A stretch of 64,000 nt of DNA from Amoeboaphelidium protococcarum X5. Lineage: Eukaryota > Fungi > Aphelidiomycota. The position numbers and the translations under genes were made by a program. Location of the stretch: the NCBI GenBank assembly GCA_023515725.1, contig JALDTO010000266.1, positions 2,188,217 through 2,252,216 on the forward strand, written 5' to 3'. This document shows, piece after piece, positions 52,343-64,000 of the stretch. The notes below the pieces were generated by a model. It was not told where the DNA came from, searched no databases, and worked only from the letters and a program-made list of their open reading frames with translations. Position 1 is the first letter of the stretch. Each line of letters opens with the position of its first letter.

Positions 52343-54601
52343 TCAAATACTAAACAACAACTCAATGTACTTTGGGAATGGCCAATTCTTATCATTGACA
52401 ATACCCTCCAAGTTGTCAACCTGCTGACGGATCTAGTTCATCACCGGCAGCAGATCTCTTGCAGCAGTCAAGTCAGCGTCCTCTTCGTGAGACTGAGCAA
52501 TAGCGTCAATGTTCTTCACCAGCTTGTCACCATTCTCGCTCAGCTAGTTCAACAGCTCGCCCAACTGAACCAACACCTTCTTCTCAGTAGTGTAATCGAC
52601 ACCAGCGTCCTTCAACTTGCACACAGATTCAGCCATCTACTTGCGAGTATCAAAAGTCATTGGCAGAATGGCAGTGAACAGCATACTCTTCAAAGTATTA
52701 GCCTCAATCAAGATATCCTTGGCATACTTCTCACTCAAGATGTGGTATCTAGAGTTCAATTCCTCGGGCGAGAAGATTTGAGACACTTCTGTCAACATCT
52801 TCTAATGCTTAGGATCCAAAAGAACGCGGAAAGCCTCAGGAGCGCAGCGGATATTTGGTAAACCACGACGCTGAGCCTCTGCATGCCACTCAGCAGAGTA
52901 ACCGTCACCCTCAAATCTAATAGCCTTAGTCTTGACGATGTAGTCCTTCAACACAGCCATAATATCAGCAGTAGTTGGAGTCTTTCCAGCGCCAACCTTC
53001 TTCTCCAACACTTCAGTGATCTCAGTGATCGATGCAGCCACAGCAGCATTGACCAGAGTCACAGGGAACGACGGAGACTGCTTGGCACCCACGGCACGGA
53101 ACTCAAACTTGTTACCAGTGAAAGCAAATGGAGAAGTTCTATTACGATCAGTCAGGTCACGGGCAATCTCAGGCAGAGTGGCCACCTTGACGTCCAAAGA
53201 AGTTCCACCAACCTTGATGTGACGGAACTTTGGCTAAGTCTCCTTCTTCACCTCACGATTCTACTCAATAGAATCCAAAACCTCAGTCAACTGCTCACCC
53301 AAGAAAACACTGATGATACTTGGAGGTGCTTCATTACCACCCAGACGATGATCATTACTGGCTGAGGCAATGCCACAACGAAGCAATGCAGAGTGGTTGT
53401 GCACAGCGTTAATGACAGCAACCAAGAACAGTAAGAATACCGGATTGTCTCTAGGATTGGCAGTTGGATCCAGAAGATTAATACCAGTATCAGTCGACAT
53501 GGACCAGTTGCAGTGCTTTCCTGATCCATTGATACCACTGAACGGCTTCTCATGGAACAACACCTTCAACTTGTGACGGTGAGCGACACGATGCAACACT
53601 TCCATGGTGAGCAGATTGTGATCCACAGCGAGCGGAGCCTCCTCAAAGATTGGAGCAACCTCAAACTGAGCAGGTGCGACTTCGTTGTGACGAGTCTTGA
53701 TTGGAACACCCAACTTGTACAGCTCCAACTCAGCCTCGCTAATAGTTGACAGCACACGGGATGGGATACGACCAAAATAATGGTCCTCCATCTGCTGATG
53801 CTTAGGTGGAAGAGAACCGATCAGAGTTCTGCCGGCAATCTTCAGATCAGGACGAAGAGCATATAGATTACGATCCAACAGAAAAAACTCCTGCTCAGTT
53901 CCCAAAGTGGCAATAACTCTCTTGACATCCTTGTGGCCAATCAAGTTCAACAGCTTCACGGCACTCTTGTTGATGGCATCGACGGAACGCAACAGAACAG
54001 TCTTCTCATCCAGAGCCTCACCATTATAAGAGATGAACACGGATGGAATGTACAACACTTTAGTATCATTAGGACCATCCTGCAAATACATCGGGCTAGT
54101 GGTATCCCAGACAGTGTAACCTCTAGCCTCAAAAGTGTTTCTAACACCACCATTAGGGAAACTAGAAGCATCCGGCTCAGCCTGCAACAACTGGCTTCCA
54201 GAGAACGCATCAATAGCCACAACCTCCTCACCATACGAGCCGATCACAGACTTCAGAGTCAAGAAACTATCATGCTTCTCCGCAGTAGTATCAGTTTGAG
54301 GCTGGAAGAGATGAGTGAAATGAGTAGCTCCTCTCTAACTGGCCCAAGTTCTAACAGCATGAGCAATGGCATCAGAGGTGGCCTTGCTCAGACACTTGTT
54401 ACCCTTCATCTGGTGCATAAAGTCATTGAAGACAGGCTTGGGAAGATGTTGCTGCATAGTCTTGAGAGTGAACACATTCTCTGCAAACACTTCAGACACT
54501 GTCAACGGACGCCCCTGTGAATCCTTTGGATAAGGCACACTTCTTGCAGATCTTGAAGTTTAATCCAACACTGCGCTAATTCTAGCTTACTGACTTGACA
54601 T
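52343..54601 (-). CDS. glnN: Glutamine synthetase type III (GSIII/GlnN family)
   Basis: [96 protein letters not shown]; 752 aa, no introns. Confidence 0.95.
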
Positions 54602-55382
54602 ATTTTAGTATAATTACTAGATAGATACTTGATATAAGTTATGAATCAAAGAAATGAATATACTTGTTAAACTCGGCTAAGATATATTACTGTACAACAA
54701 CAGAGATAACGAGACAGATAGAGAGTAAACAGACAAGAGAGAGAGAGAGAAGGAACAAACAAAGCGGTAAACTGACACCGGCGCGGCGTTTGTGAAATTG
54801 GAAACGAATTCGTTCGTGTTGTTGACGATGATCGATGATGATGATGATGAGCCGACGAAACGTTTCTTTTTCGGGGGAAGTGAAACGATATAGTATTCGA
54901 AAACTGGTCTGGCGCCACTCTCAATATTTCACGAGGTGTCTGTTTCTCCGCTTTCTTTTTATTACATCCGCAGGAATGAGGCTTGACTTGAGGAATCTGA
55001 ATCTGAATGATGAAACGTGCACTACGGTAGTTCTTTCGATTGATCATTGGCGATGACGTTCAATGGGGAAGTTGCATACTCGCATTTAGAATCAGATCAT
55101 TGTAAATCTTACATCTACTTCATTGTCCCTAAGACGTAGACTTTGCACTATAAATACACGAGTTTTTTTCATAGCTAATGGCTACTATAATGGGGATGAG
55201 GAAAATTACTTCGCAACAACTGTTTAAACACAATGGCGCATTTTGTGATTGTTTCTTCTGATCATTCCAAGGCGATGCTCCATTTCTTTCCTTTTACTTG
55301 TAGCAAGCAGATTAATCCCATTTTTAAATAGCGAGAGAGAGAGTGATTTCGTAGTTGTACAGTTTAGGTGTTAGTTTTCACT

Positions 55383-58103
55383 ATGAAGTTTATGGTGGAA
55401 GATTTAGAGGTTATATTCCCGTATGAATACGTGTATCCAGAGTAGGTGGACTACATGTATCATTTGAAGATCACTTTGGATCATCATGTCACTGGACACG
55501 GTGCAGTCGGTCATGGAGTCTTGGAGATGCCTTCTGGGACTGGTAAAACTATTACACTTTTAGCTCTTATTGTCGCGTATTAATAAAGATTGAGGTTCCG
55601 TTAGATAAGTGGTAATGCAAATTGTGACGTTAATGGTGATGTTGGAATATTTGATGGACCTCGATAATTGATTTATGCGTCAAGAACAGTGTAAGAGATT
55701 GAAAAGGCACTTGCTGAATTGGATCGGTTGATTTTATATAGAGCTAGCTATTATCAGTAGCAACTTGACTAGGCTACTGCCAATAATTTGGATGTAAAGA
55801 TGATTGAAGAGTTAAAAGTCAAGGTTTAGCTGGAGTAGTCGTTCCTGGCTGTAGGTTTATCTGCGCGTAAGAATATGTGCATCCATCCTGCTGTAAATCG
55901 TGACAGAAGAGGTCAGGTTGTTGATTCGTTGTGCTAGAGTTTGACAGCCTCCTGGGTCAGATAGAAGGATGGTGGTAGACGGTGTACATTCTATGAGAAT
56001 TTGGATAAGCATATAAATCCTCCAAAGGATATAGAAGATTCTTAAACTATCGCAGATTACAATGCGGATGCCGTTCCATCATCAGGCGTGTATGGCATTG
56101 AAGATATAAAACTGCATGGTGAGAAGTAGAATGTGTGTCCCTACTTTCTATCCAGGAACTTGATCAAGAAAGCCAATGTCCTTATTTATTCGTATCATTA
56201 CTTGCTGGATCCTAAAATTGCATCGCTCGTCAGTAAAGATCTTCCATCCAATAGTATCGTCGTATTTGATGAGGCTCACAATATCGACAATGTGTGTATC
56301 GATTCAATGAGCTTTGAGATTGGTCGATCCACTTTGGCTGGTGCTAATCGGGCATTGGAGTCTTTGAATACCGAGATTCGTAGTATCAGGTAGGTGAATA
56401 AAGAGAAGCTGGAGAATGAGTATATACGCCTTGTCGATGGGCTACGTGAGTAGCATTTGCAGAGGTAGACTGACTTGATACTGGCTAATCCTGCGCTGCC
56501 TGATGATATCCTTGAGGAAGCGGTCCCGGGTAACATTCGTAAAGCTGAGCATTTTGTAGCATTTATGAAGCGGTTGGTTGAGTATTTGAAGACGCGGTTG
56601 AAAATTTAGTAGGTTGTCTCTCAGTCCCCGTTGAGTTTCTTGCACAATATCAAGGCTGAATGTGCGATAGAGAGAAAAGCGTTGAGGTTCTGTTCTGAAC
56701 GTTTAGGCTCTTTATTGCGCACCCTGGAAATTGTTCCCTCTTCCAATGCATCAGTACAGTAATAATAATAGCCTTCAGATCAAGGAACATCGGGCAGTGG
56801 CGGTGCAGGTAGACCGGAGGACTTTAGTGCCCTAGGTAGAGTGGCCAACTTTGCAACTATAGTGGGCACGTACTTGGAGGGGTTCCTGCTATTGATGGAG
56901 CCATTTGAAGGAATGGGCAATGCAATATATAATCCAATTCTTCATCTCGTGTGTCTAGATGCCTCCATCGCCATCAAGCCTGTCCTGAATCGATTCAAGA
57001 CTGTTATCATTACATCGGGTACACTGTCGCCGCTCGATATGTATCCCAAGATTCTGGATTTTAGGCATCAGGTTGTAACTTCAAAATCTTTTAGTATGAC
57101 GCTGACCAGAAATTGCTTCCTGCCTCTGGTGATCACTCGAGGATCTGATCAAGTGCCGTTATCTTCCAAGTTCGAGGTTAGGAACGATCCATCGGTGGTT
57201 AGAAATTATGGCAATCTGTTGATATCAATGTCCAAGATTGTACCTGATGGTATTGTCGTATTTTTCCCGTCTTATATCTACTTGGAATCTATAGTACATT
57301 AGTGGACACAGTCGCTGGCTGGCGGGTAATCAGTTATTGATTAGTTGCTGTAGAACAAGCTGGTTTTTATCGAGACGCCTGATGGCACAGAGACCACTAT
57401 TGCTTTATAGAACTACCGCAAGGCTTGTGATTATGGCAGAGGTGCTATATTGTTTAGTGTGGCCAGAGGAAAGGTGGCGGAGGGAATTGATTTTGACCAC
57501 AACTATGGTAGAGCAGTACTCATGTGTGGTATTCCGTATCAGTACACTGAGTCAAGAATATTGAAGGCCAGATTGGAGTATATCAGGGAGAAGTATTAGA
57601 TACGGGAAAATGATTTCCTCACGTTTGATGCCATTAGACAAGCTGCCCAATGTGTTGGCCGAGCACTAAGAGGCAAGACTGATTATGGTCTGATGATATT
57701 TGCCGATAAAAGGTACGCGCGATAAGATAAGTGGGGCAAGTTACCACTTTGGATACAGAAGGGAGCTACTTCTACACAGCTGGGTATTACAGGACGTGGT
57801 GGCAAGTCTGGTGGCGGTGGATTGGTTGGAGCCAGTAGCGCCAGTCTAATTGGCCTAAGTACGGATGAGTGTATAATGATTGTGAAAAAGTTCTTGCGCG
57901 AGATGGGCCAGGAGCTGGGCAGTGCTGGCCAGGTCGGAGTCAGTTTATGGCGAGAGGAGGATGTTGTGAAATGGTTCTCTTGTGGTCATGCAACAATAGA
58001 AAACTCCAACAGCACTCAGTCGTAGTAGTAGAAGGAAGATCAAGACGCTCTTATGGATGATATAGATCCAGATGTTTTGAATGATATGGACTATGAAATG
58101 TGA
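55383..58103 (+). CDS. RAD3: TFIIH helicase XPD/Rad3
   Basis: [71 protein letters not shown]. Confidence 0.97.
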
Positions 58104-58157
58104 ACAATAGAGAATGTAATAATGTACATAACTATCCTTATTATGAGAGACGCCTGA

Positions 58158-59240
58158 TCACTTTTATTATTGTAATAAAGATGATTATGGATCTTGCGAC
58201 GATTGTTGTTTAAACTCATCCTTCAGCTCATACATGCCCTTGTGCTGACCACTCTTGATGTAGAATGCAATCTGATTCAACAGTTCTTTGACATACGTGA
58301 CGGGCTACCGCGTATGATCAGACATTCCTTGAACTGACCATGCAGGAGTCTATTCATAGGCTTTGAACATCATATTAATCACCTCATCACGAGGCAGTTT
58401 CTCATAACGATTTTCCATTTGCTCCTACTTTCGCTTCTTACTCGCCTTTGACAGTGCAGCAGCAGAGCCAAACTATAGACCAGCCATACTGCCCATCGTA
58501 TAGCTATCTGACATCTATATTGTGGGATTCAACAGAGATTTTTTCTACTACGGTTATCCATCCTTTTATGTCTCGGTATCATAGTCACCAATCTTCTTGG
58601 TAACTCTAACTGGCTACTCAGCCTTCTCCTTTCGCAGTCGCAAAATATTTCTATAATCAGAATCCATCACGGGTATAACATTGCACTCATGCTGCACACA
58701 TCCCTCAACACCAACAGTGTACTCTTGAGTGGCAGCCAGACGAACTCCACCGCGCATAGTCTTGACGCGATCTGCACCCTCAGCGACCACAGTATCAGTT
58801 GAGAAGGTGAATACGTTCCCGGGTGGATTATTAGATATCTGAAGATTATAATTCTATGGCAATATAGTAGGATCAAATTCACTCTTAGACAAAAGATTTA
58901 GATTTCTATTCACTTCTAGCGTGATCTTGGGCATTAAATTCTTAACTTGTGCAGCATCAATCGAAAGGTGTCCAAGTTCACTCTGAGGCCTAGTTTTACT
59001 CCAAACGTCCATAAGGAAATCCGGAACTTTCACTAGCCACACTTTATTGCCAGCCTTGGTCATATCTGCAGTCTACTTGTTCAAGTACGATCGGATCTTT
59101 TAGTTTAATTACTATTAGCCAGGTGATATCTGCTGTCCATCAGTAATTTCTTAATCATCTTCTTCCTCCATTGATAGTTAATCTTCTACTTCATTATCAT
59201 TATTCAAGATTTAATTCTATTCTACGTCAGAACCATCCAT
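58158..59240 (-). CDS. TFG2: Transcription initiation factor IIF beta subunit
   Basis: KVWLVKVPDFL, HECNVIP, KLPRDEVINMMFKAYE...WSVQGMSDHTRQPVTYVKELLNQIA...MYELKDEF. Confidence 0.92.
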
Positions 59241-59456
59241 CTTATCTTCTGTATACACTTACTCCACTAGTCTTGTTAAATAGTATTATGCTAATTTCTT
59301 ATAAAAAGTAATTCAGATTCAAAGAAGAAAGAGGAATACAAAGATCGAGCAAAATCAAAAACAATCAACATCATTTTACAAATCAAAGTCTATCTATTAT
59401 CAACTTTACTCAACTCAATTCATCAATACTTCTATCAATAGCGCTGGTTAAAGTGA

Positions 59457-60131
59457 TCAGAACATCAGCATCAAAACACCAGCTGCAATAGCGGACCACC
59501 CGCCCAAAGCAATGACAGAGGCATCATTAGTGCTGGTGGAAGCCTCAGTGGTAGCAGGATCAGAGGTGGATACAGAGTTCTCACCGTTAGCAGCAACACC
59601 GCACACTCTACCACCATCTTTCAGAGTGATACAACCATTGTAGGAGCCAGAGCCGGAAATTTGACCATCAGCGTACTTACCGCTACCTTGAGCAGAACCC
59701 TCAACAGAGTTTCCGTCAAATGTACCGCGACCGGTAATCGAACCTTGAGTGTCGACAGTGTGAGCATCCTTGTCATAGCTGGAGCTACCGTGAGCAGCAC
59801 CTTCAATACCAGCACCATGAGGGCCAGTTACACGACCAGAGACAGATCCCTGGGCATTCTCATCCTACTTACCGCTACCAGTGATTGCACCAGCGGCATC
59901 AACGTGGCCAGCAGGAGTCATGAAATCCAACTCAGCCTAACCGTTGGCAGCGACATAGTTAATCTCTGATACTGGAGGATTGTAGACACCGTTACCGACG
60001 ATTGCACCAGTGGCGTTGGCCTAAACCATCTGATCACCAATAGATGCAGATCCAACATTGTTCAAAACAACAGCAGACGCGTTCAGAGCAGCGATAGTAG
60101 CCAGGACAGACAAGACGATTTTAGTTTGCAT
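59457..60131 (-). CDS. Secreted, probably GPI-anchored Gly-rich surface protein (224 aa)
   Basis: Signal peptide MQTKIVLSVLATIAALNASA, Gly-alternating core, Ser/Thr linker and hydrophobic C-terminus (NDASVIALGGWSAIAAGVLMLMF). Strongly biased codons; upstream TATAAAA on the minus strand near 60220. Confidence 0.8.
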
Positions 60132-60488
60132 TTTTAGTAGATTAGAGTAGATATTACTTTTACTTTAAGGTATTTGATTTTGGTAAGGAAGAGAAGGATG
60201 GATAGGCATGTAGGCCTTTTATAGTGAAGATGATTCTGTAAATAGTATCACCGGGATCTTTAATTAGAATCATGGCGTCTATTTAGACATCTAAAAGTAC
60301 AAGAATAGAATCCATATATATATAGTAACACTCAATGCTCATCTCAAAGAACTAACAGAGAAATCATACAACGATGAGTAGTTGGAAGACGCCTAATGAT
60401 GAGATCTAAGCGTGATACGTCTCGTTGTAGAGTAACCGCTGTGAGTAAAGGAGACATTGGCAATGATGGTTATAGTGACTTTTATTAT

Positions 60489-62063
60489 TCATTAACGCGA
60501 CGATTTAAACTTGGATTTGAATTTACTTACTCTCTCCGGCTATACCTATGATTAAGAGTCTTCAGCACCTATCATAGCGGTATCTGTCATTTAAATATCA
60601 GACAATCGCTGCGCTTTCTTCTCTTAATATGCAGTTTTCGCCTACTGTTACAGCTATGCAAATTCATCATTATTATTATTACTATTATTGGAGTTGCCAA
60701 GTGACGATCCGCTGTTAATCTTCTTCCGCCTTACTTTAATATCTCCAATGATCGACTATTGAGGTCTTGGTGAATCGTTACGCGTGGACATTCTAGATAA
60801 TTCATGAGCAGTCATCTCCTCATTCTATCCAACATCTTCATCATCTTCACCTTTATTATAAATCTGACCATTTCTAATACGATCATCCACATACTCATGG
60901 ACCTGTAAATTGTCATCAAATCTGACACTCTTCTGACTACTAGCTGTACTAAGAGACTTGTTAACAGGCTTAATATCACCATCATCATCCATATCATATT
61001 ATGGTATGACCCGATCATCCAACGACTATTAATGCTACATTGACTCTTTCAATTACACAGACGCGTCAAGACCCAATTCAGTCTCCCCAGGCGCGTAATT
61101 CCAATACCTTTCCAGTAGATGAGCCGGAATACCCATAACATTCTAAGTATTGTACCAGTCCTCATCCTCAGAATCCGTGTCATCATCCTAGCCAGAACTA
61201 TAGCGTTCATCCTCAGACACTTGTCCATGGACTGAATAACCATATTCATCATTCTCATCTGTCCTATCAATCACTTTATACATTTCTTAATTCGGATCTT
61301 ATACACTTTCCTCTTTAAGGTAATTAGCAGCCTTGTTCAAGTCTTCGCCAACATTTGATTCATCTTGGGATGTATTCTTCTAAGCTTCAGCATGACCGCC
61401 ATTGATGACTTCTTGCAAGTGAGCATAGTTGCTATTCAATCCATTGTTATTAGACTACAAACTTTAGTCTTCCATCTATCCTAAATCTTCCTACTCTTCA
61501 GCTTCCGCCGCGTCTAATAAAGCTTAAATATCATCCATATCCTACTCATCCAATCCCACCTATTAATCTGCAGAGACAATACCTTTAACATCAGTTGACA
61601 TTGCTACTTTTGACACGTTATTATTATTGTTATTATCAATATCATCGATGGAGAGATTTTCAAATTCTTAGATATCCCCTTCCATCATCATCGTCTATTA
61701 TTATTATTCAGACGAGTCATTCAATGCAGACTACATTTCTCTCACACTTTCAACCTTACGCTGGATGGACTCAATCTCTCGCTGAATAGATTATATTTAT
61801 TAATCACAATACTACTATCTCCTCTCCATCATCAATCTAAACTCATTCTAATCTAGGCAAGCATAATACTCCATACCAAGATACGCCAACTTACATTTGT
61901 TATTACTATCATCTTGAGAGTGTTCATTGATCTACTATTAAAGAGTGACTTGCGCAATCTTTTGTCTACTCACAAACTATTCCATCTATTAAGACCACTA
62001 CTTCTTTTACTAAATCAGTGATTCCAGTTGGTTCTAAAGAATAGACTAATATTTAGACAGCAT
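60489..62063 (-). CDS. BUD27: URI/Bud27-like unconventional prefoldin RPB5 interactor
   Basis: N-terminal prefoldin-like coiled coil, acidic middle region and C-terminal ERVSKFKSKFKSSRQ-TGA motif typical of URI1/Bud27. Very rich in TAR (Gln) codons. Confidence 0.65.
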
Positions 62064-62296
62064 TGTATAAGATGATAATTTTCTCTAATTTTATTAATGA
62101 CGCCGTACTGATTGACTATATAAAGAGAAGAAATGACAAATTTCCTCAATCAACGTGTCAAAAGTTGGCATTTGATAACGATTAGAATGACTCAACTTCA
62201 TCCAACAGTCAAAGCATCAATTCTCCGCTAAACTAAGATGATAAAAATAAAAGATTATAAGTTGAAATAAATCATACAATCTAATTTATTATATAA

Positions 62297-63208
62297 TCAG
62301 CTTAATGTGAGGCCCCAGCATAGTCCAATGAGACCACTGATGAGAACGAAGCCAGCTTCAGACAGACGAGAGAAAGCTTTACTGTCCAGTGAACTCAGAC
62401 CGTTCCAAATTAGTGAGAGAGCGTTATTTCTACAATATAGCAGAGATTGCTACCATCGAGACTCTTCTTATTATTACTATATCTACTGATTTTGCTGATA
62501 GATGGCGAATTTATTGTTATTATCGCGCTGATCTCCCATGAATTGGTTAAGTTTAGAGTCTATCGATTCCAAGAGCTTGGTAACTTCTGATTAAGATTGA
62601 TCTTTTGATAACACACTATCAGATCTATTATCAACCAAACGATTCTAAGATTATGACGATAGCATAGTTTAGTCAAAGTGCACCTTAATCTAGTCCAACA
62701 TCATCTATCGCTTCCGAGGCTCAATGAAAGAGTAAACTCCGACAGCAGTTACAATATTGACACCCACAAGAGCCATGGTCCAGTAGGTGTTGATCATTCG
62801 AATGTGATCACTCCACAGCGACTCTTCCCTGAAGCGATCCCGTAACGCGTCGATCCACGCAGAGTGAGCTTGGTCATGCGTCTACTCTGTCGCATTCAAT
62901 CTCTACTCCAAGTCGCCTTCCATCTACTCAATCTGATGATCGCGAGAGTATAGCTGCGTGAAGTGGTTCACATCATCTGGTGACCAATTATGCTTTCGCT
63001 GGAGGAGGGAGTTCATATCACGTTGGACGCGCGAACGATCTTGGACCAATTTCTGATACTCAGCCTTGGTGCTCTTTAACTGATTTCTGGCTATAACATA
63101 CTCGTTCTCCAGAGCCAACACTTTACTCTTCATAGCCTTCAGTTCTTGATAACCAGTTTTCGAGGCTAATAGCAGGAACACTCTATCCAGCGATCTGCTC
63201 ACTTGCAT
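62297..63208 (-). CDS. SHE9: She9/Mdm33 mitochondrial inner membrane protein
   Basis: TGYQELKAMK...RSRVQRDMNSLLQRKHNWSPDDVNHFTQLYSRDH...EESLWSDHIRMINTYWTMALVGVN...IEPRKR. Confidence 0.9.
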
Positions 63209-63330
63209 CTTGATTTAATTAGCTAGGTTGCTAGTTCTATAATTTCAGTTAGTAGAGAAAATCAAGTCAACTTTAAAGTGAGCGATTGTGATTGAGAAGG
63301 TAAAAAGTTCACAATATGAAGAGTGTTATA

Positions 63331-64000
63331 TCATTGTAATTATTACTGGTTAAAGTCTGAAGTGTCATTAGTATCGCTCTTGCCATAACTCTGATGCAGA
63401 TTGGACGGTGTGAGATCATAGTCATGAGGGTGATACAGTTCACTCAAGTACCTGTACATGTACTGAGGAGAGCATCCCTGCGTGTTGGTTATGAACATAT
63501 TCACACTGCCGGCACTGATATAATCATAAAGCGGATTGACAACTTGAACATTTTACATCAGCGGATCTTGGAAGCTGAGCATATTAGATGGATCTGCGCA
63601 TATGGAGGCCACATCATCAGCTTTGAATATCGGAGACAACTTGTACAATCCAGTGCACACCACCACAGGAATCCGTGCAGATTAGGCCACAGCCACAACA
63701 TTCATAGTACCTGCAGGTGCGACAATTGATCCATCCGCTAGAATAGCGTGACACCCAATCATGACCATATTCACACGGGACAACATCATTGCATGTACAG
63801 CACAGTCCGGTACCAAAGTGGTGTCGATACCGCTCTTGGCCAGAGATTAAGCCATTTCATGGCCGGATAGTTAAGGTGCACACTCTGCCACAATGACCTG
63901 GAACTCTCGCTTTCTACGCGCCGCCTTCAGGAACGACTCCACAGTCTTTGAACGTCCAATGGTCATTATAACATCTTTGGCGTGGATATGGTCCAGAGCT
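63331..64000 (-). CDS. GCD7: Translation initiation factor eIF2B beta subunit (5'-truncated by the window)
   Basis: [42 protein letters not shown]...LYKLSP...NPLYDYI...[12 protein letters not shown]. Confidence 0.93.

Overview
Gene-dense eukaryotic (opisthokont, fungus-related) DNA that uses a non-standard nuclear genetic code: TAA and TAG encode Gln and TGA is the only stop. The supplied standard-code ORF track is therefore fragmented and misses whole genes such as TIM8 and the MED11-, DUF202- and BUD27-like genes. The code plus the gene content best fits an aphelid such as Amoeboaphelidium protococcarum (inference). Re-read by hand with TAR=Gln, the window holds about 25 genes: an E3-binding-protein-like gene, PI4K-II, Mago, RPS1/S3A, an F-BAR-PH-C2-RasGAP, SLA2/HIP1, a kinesin-4-like motor, a secreted orphan, TBCK, YOS1, AP-3 beta, a UBE2O-like E2, TIM8, MED11-like, a DUF202 protein, GPI1, a BAR-PH-ArfGAP-ANK, type III glutamine synthetase, XPD/RAD3, TFIIF beta, a GPI-anchored Gly-rich surface protein, URI/BUD27, SHE9 and a partial eIF2B beta. 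It also contains an intact ~4 kb Dada-like DDE DNA transposon (45.2-49.2 kb) written in the host's reassigned code and bracketed by a 10-bp direct repeat, and gene-poor degenerate or repetitive tracts at about 22.4-25.9 kb and 31.5-40.3 kb. All protein assignments come from motif recognition by eye, not database searches.
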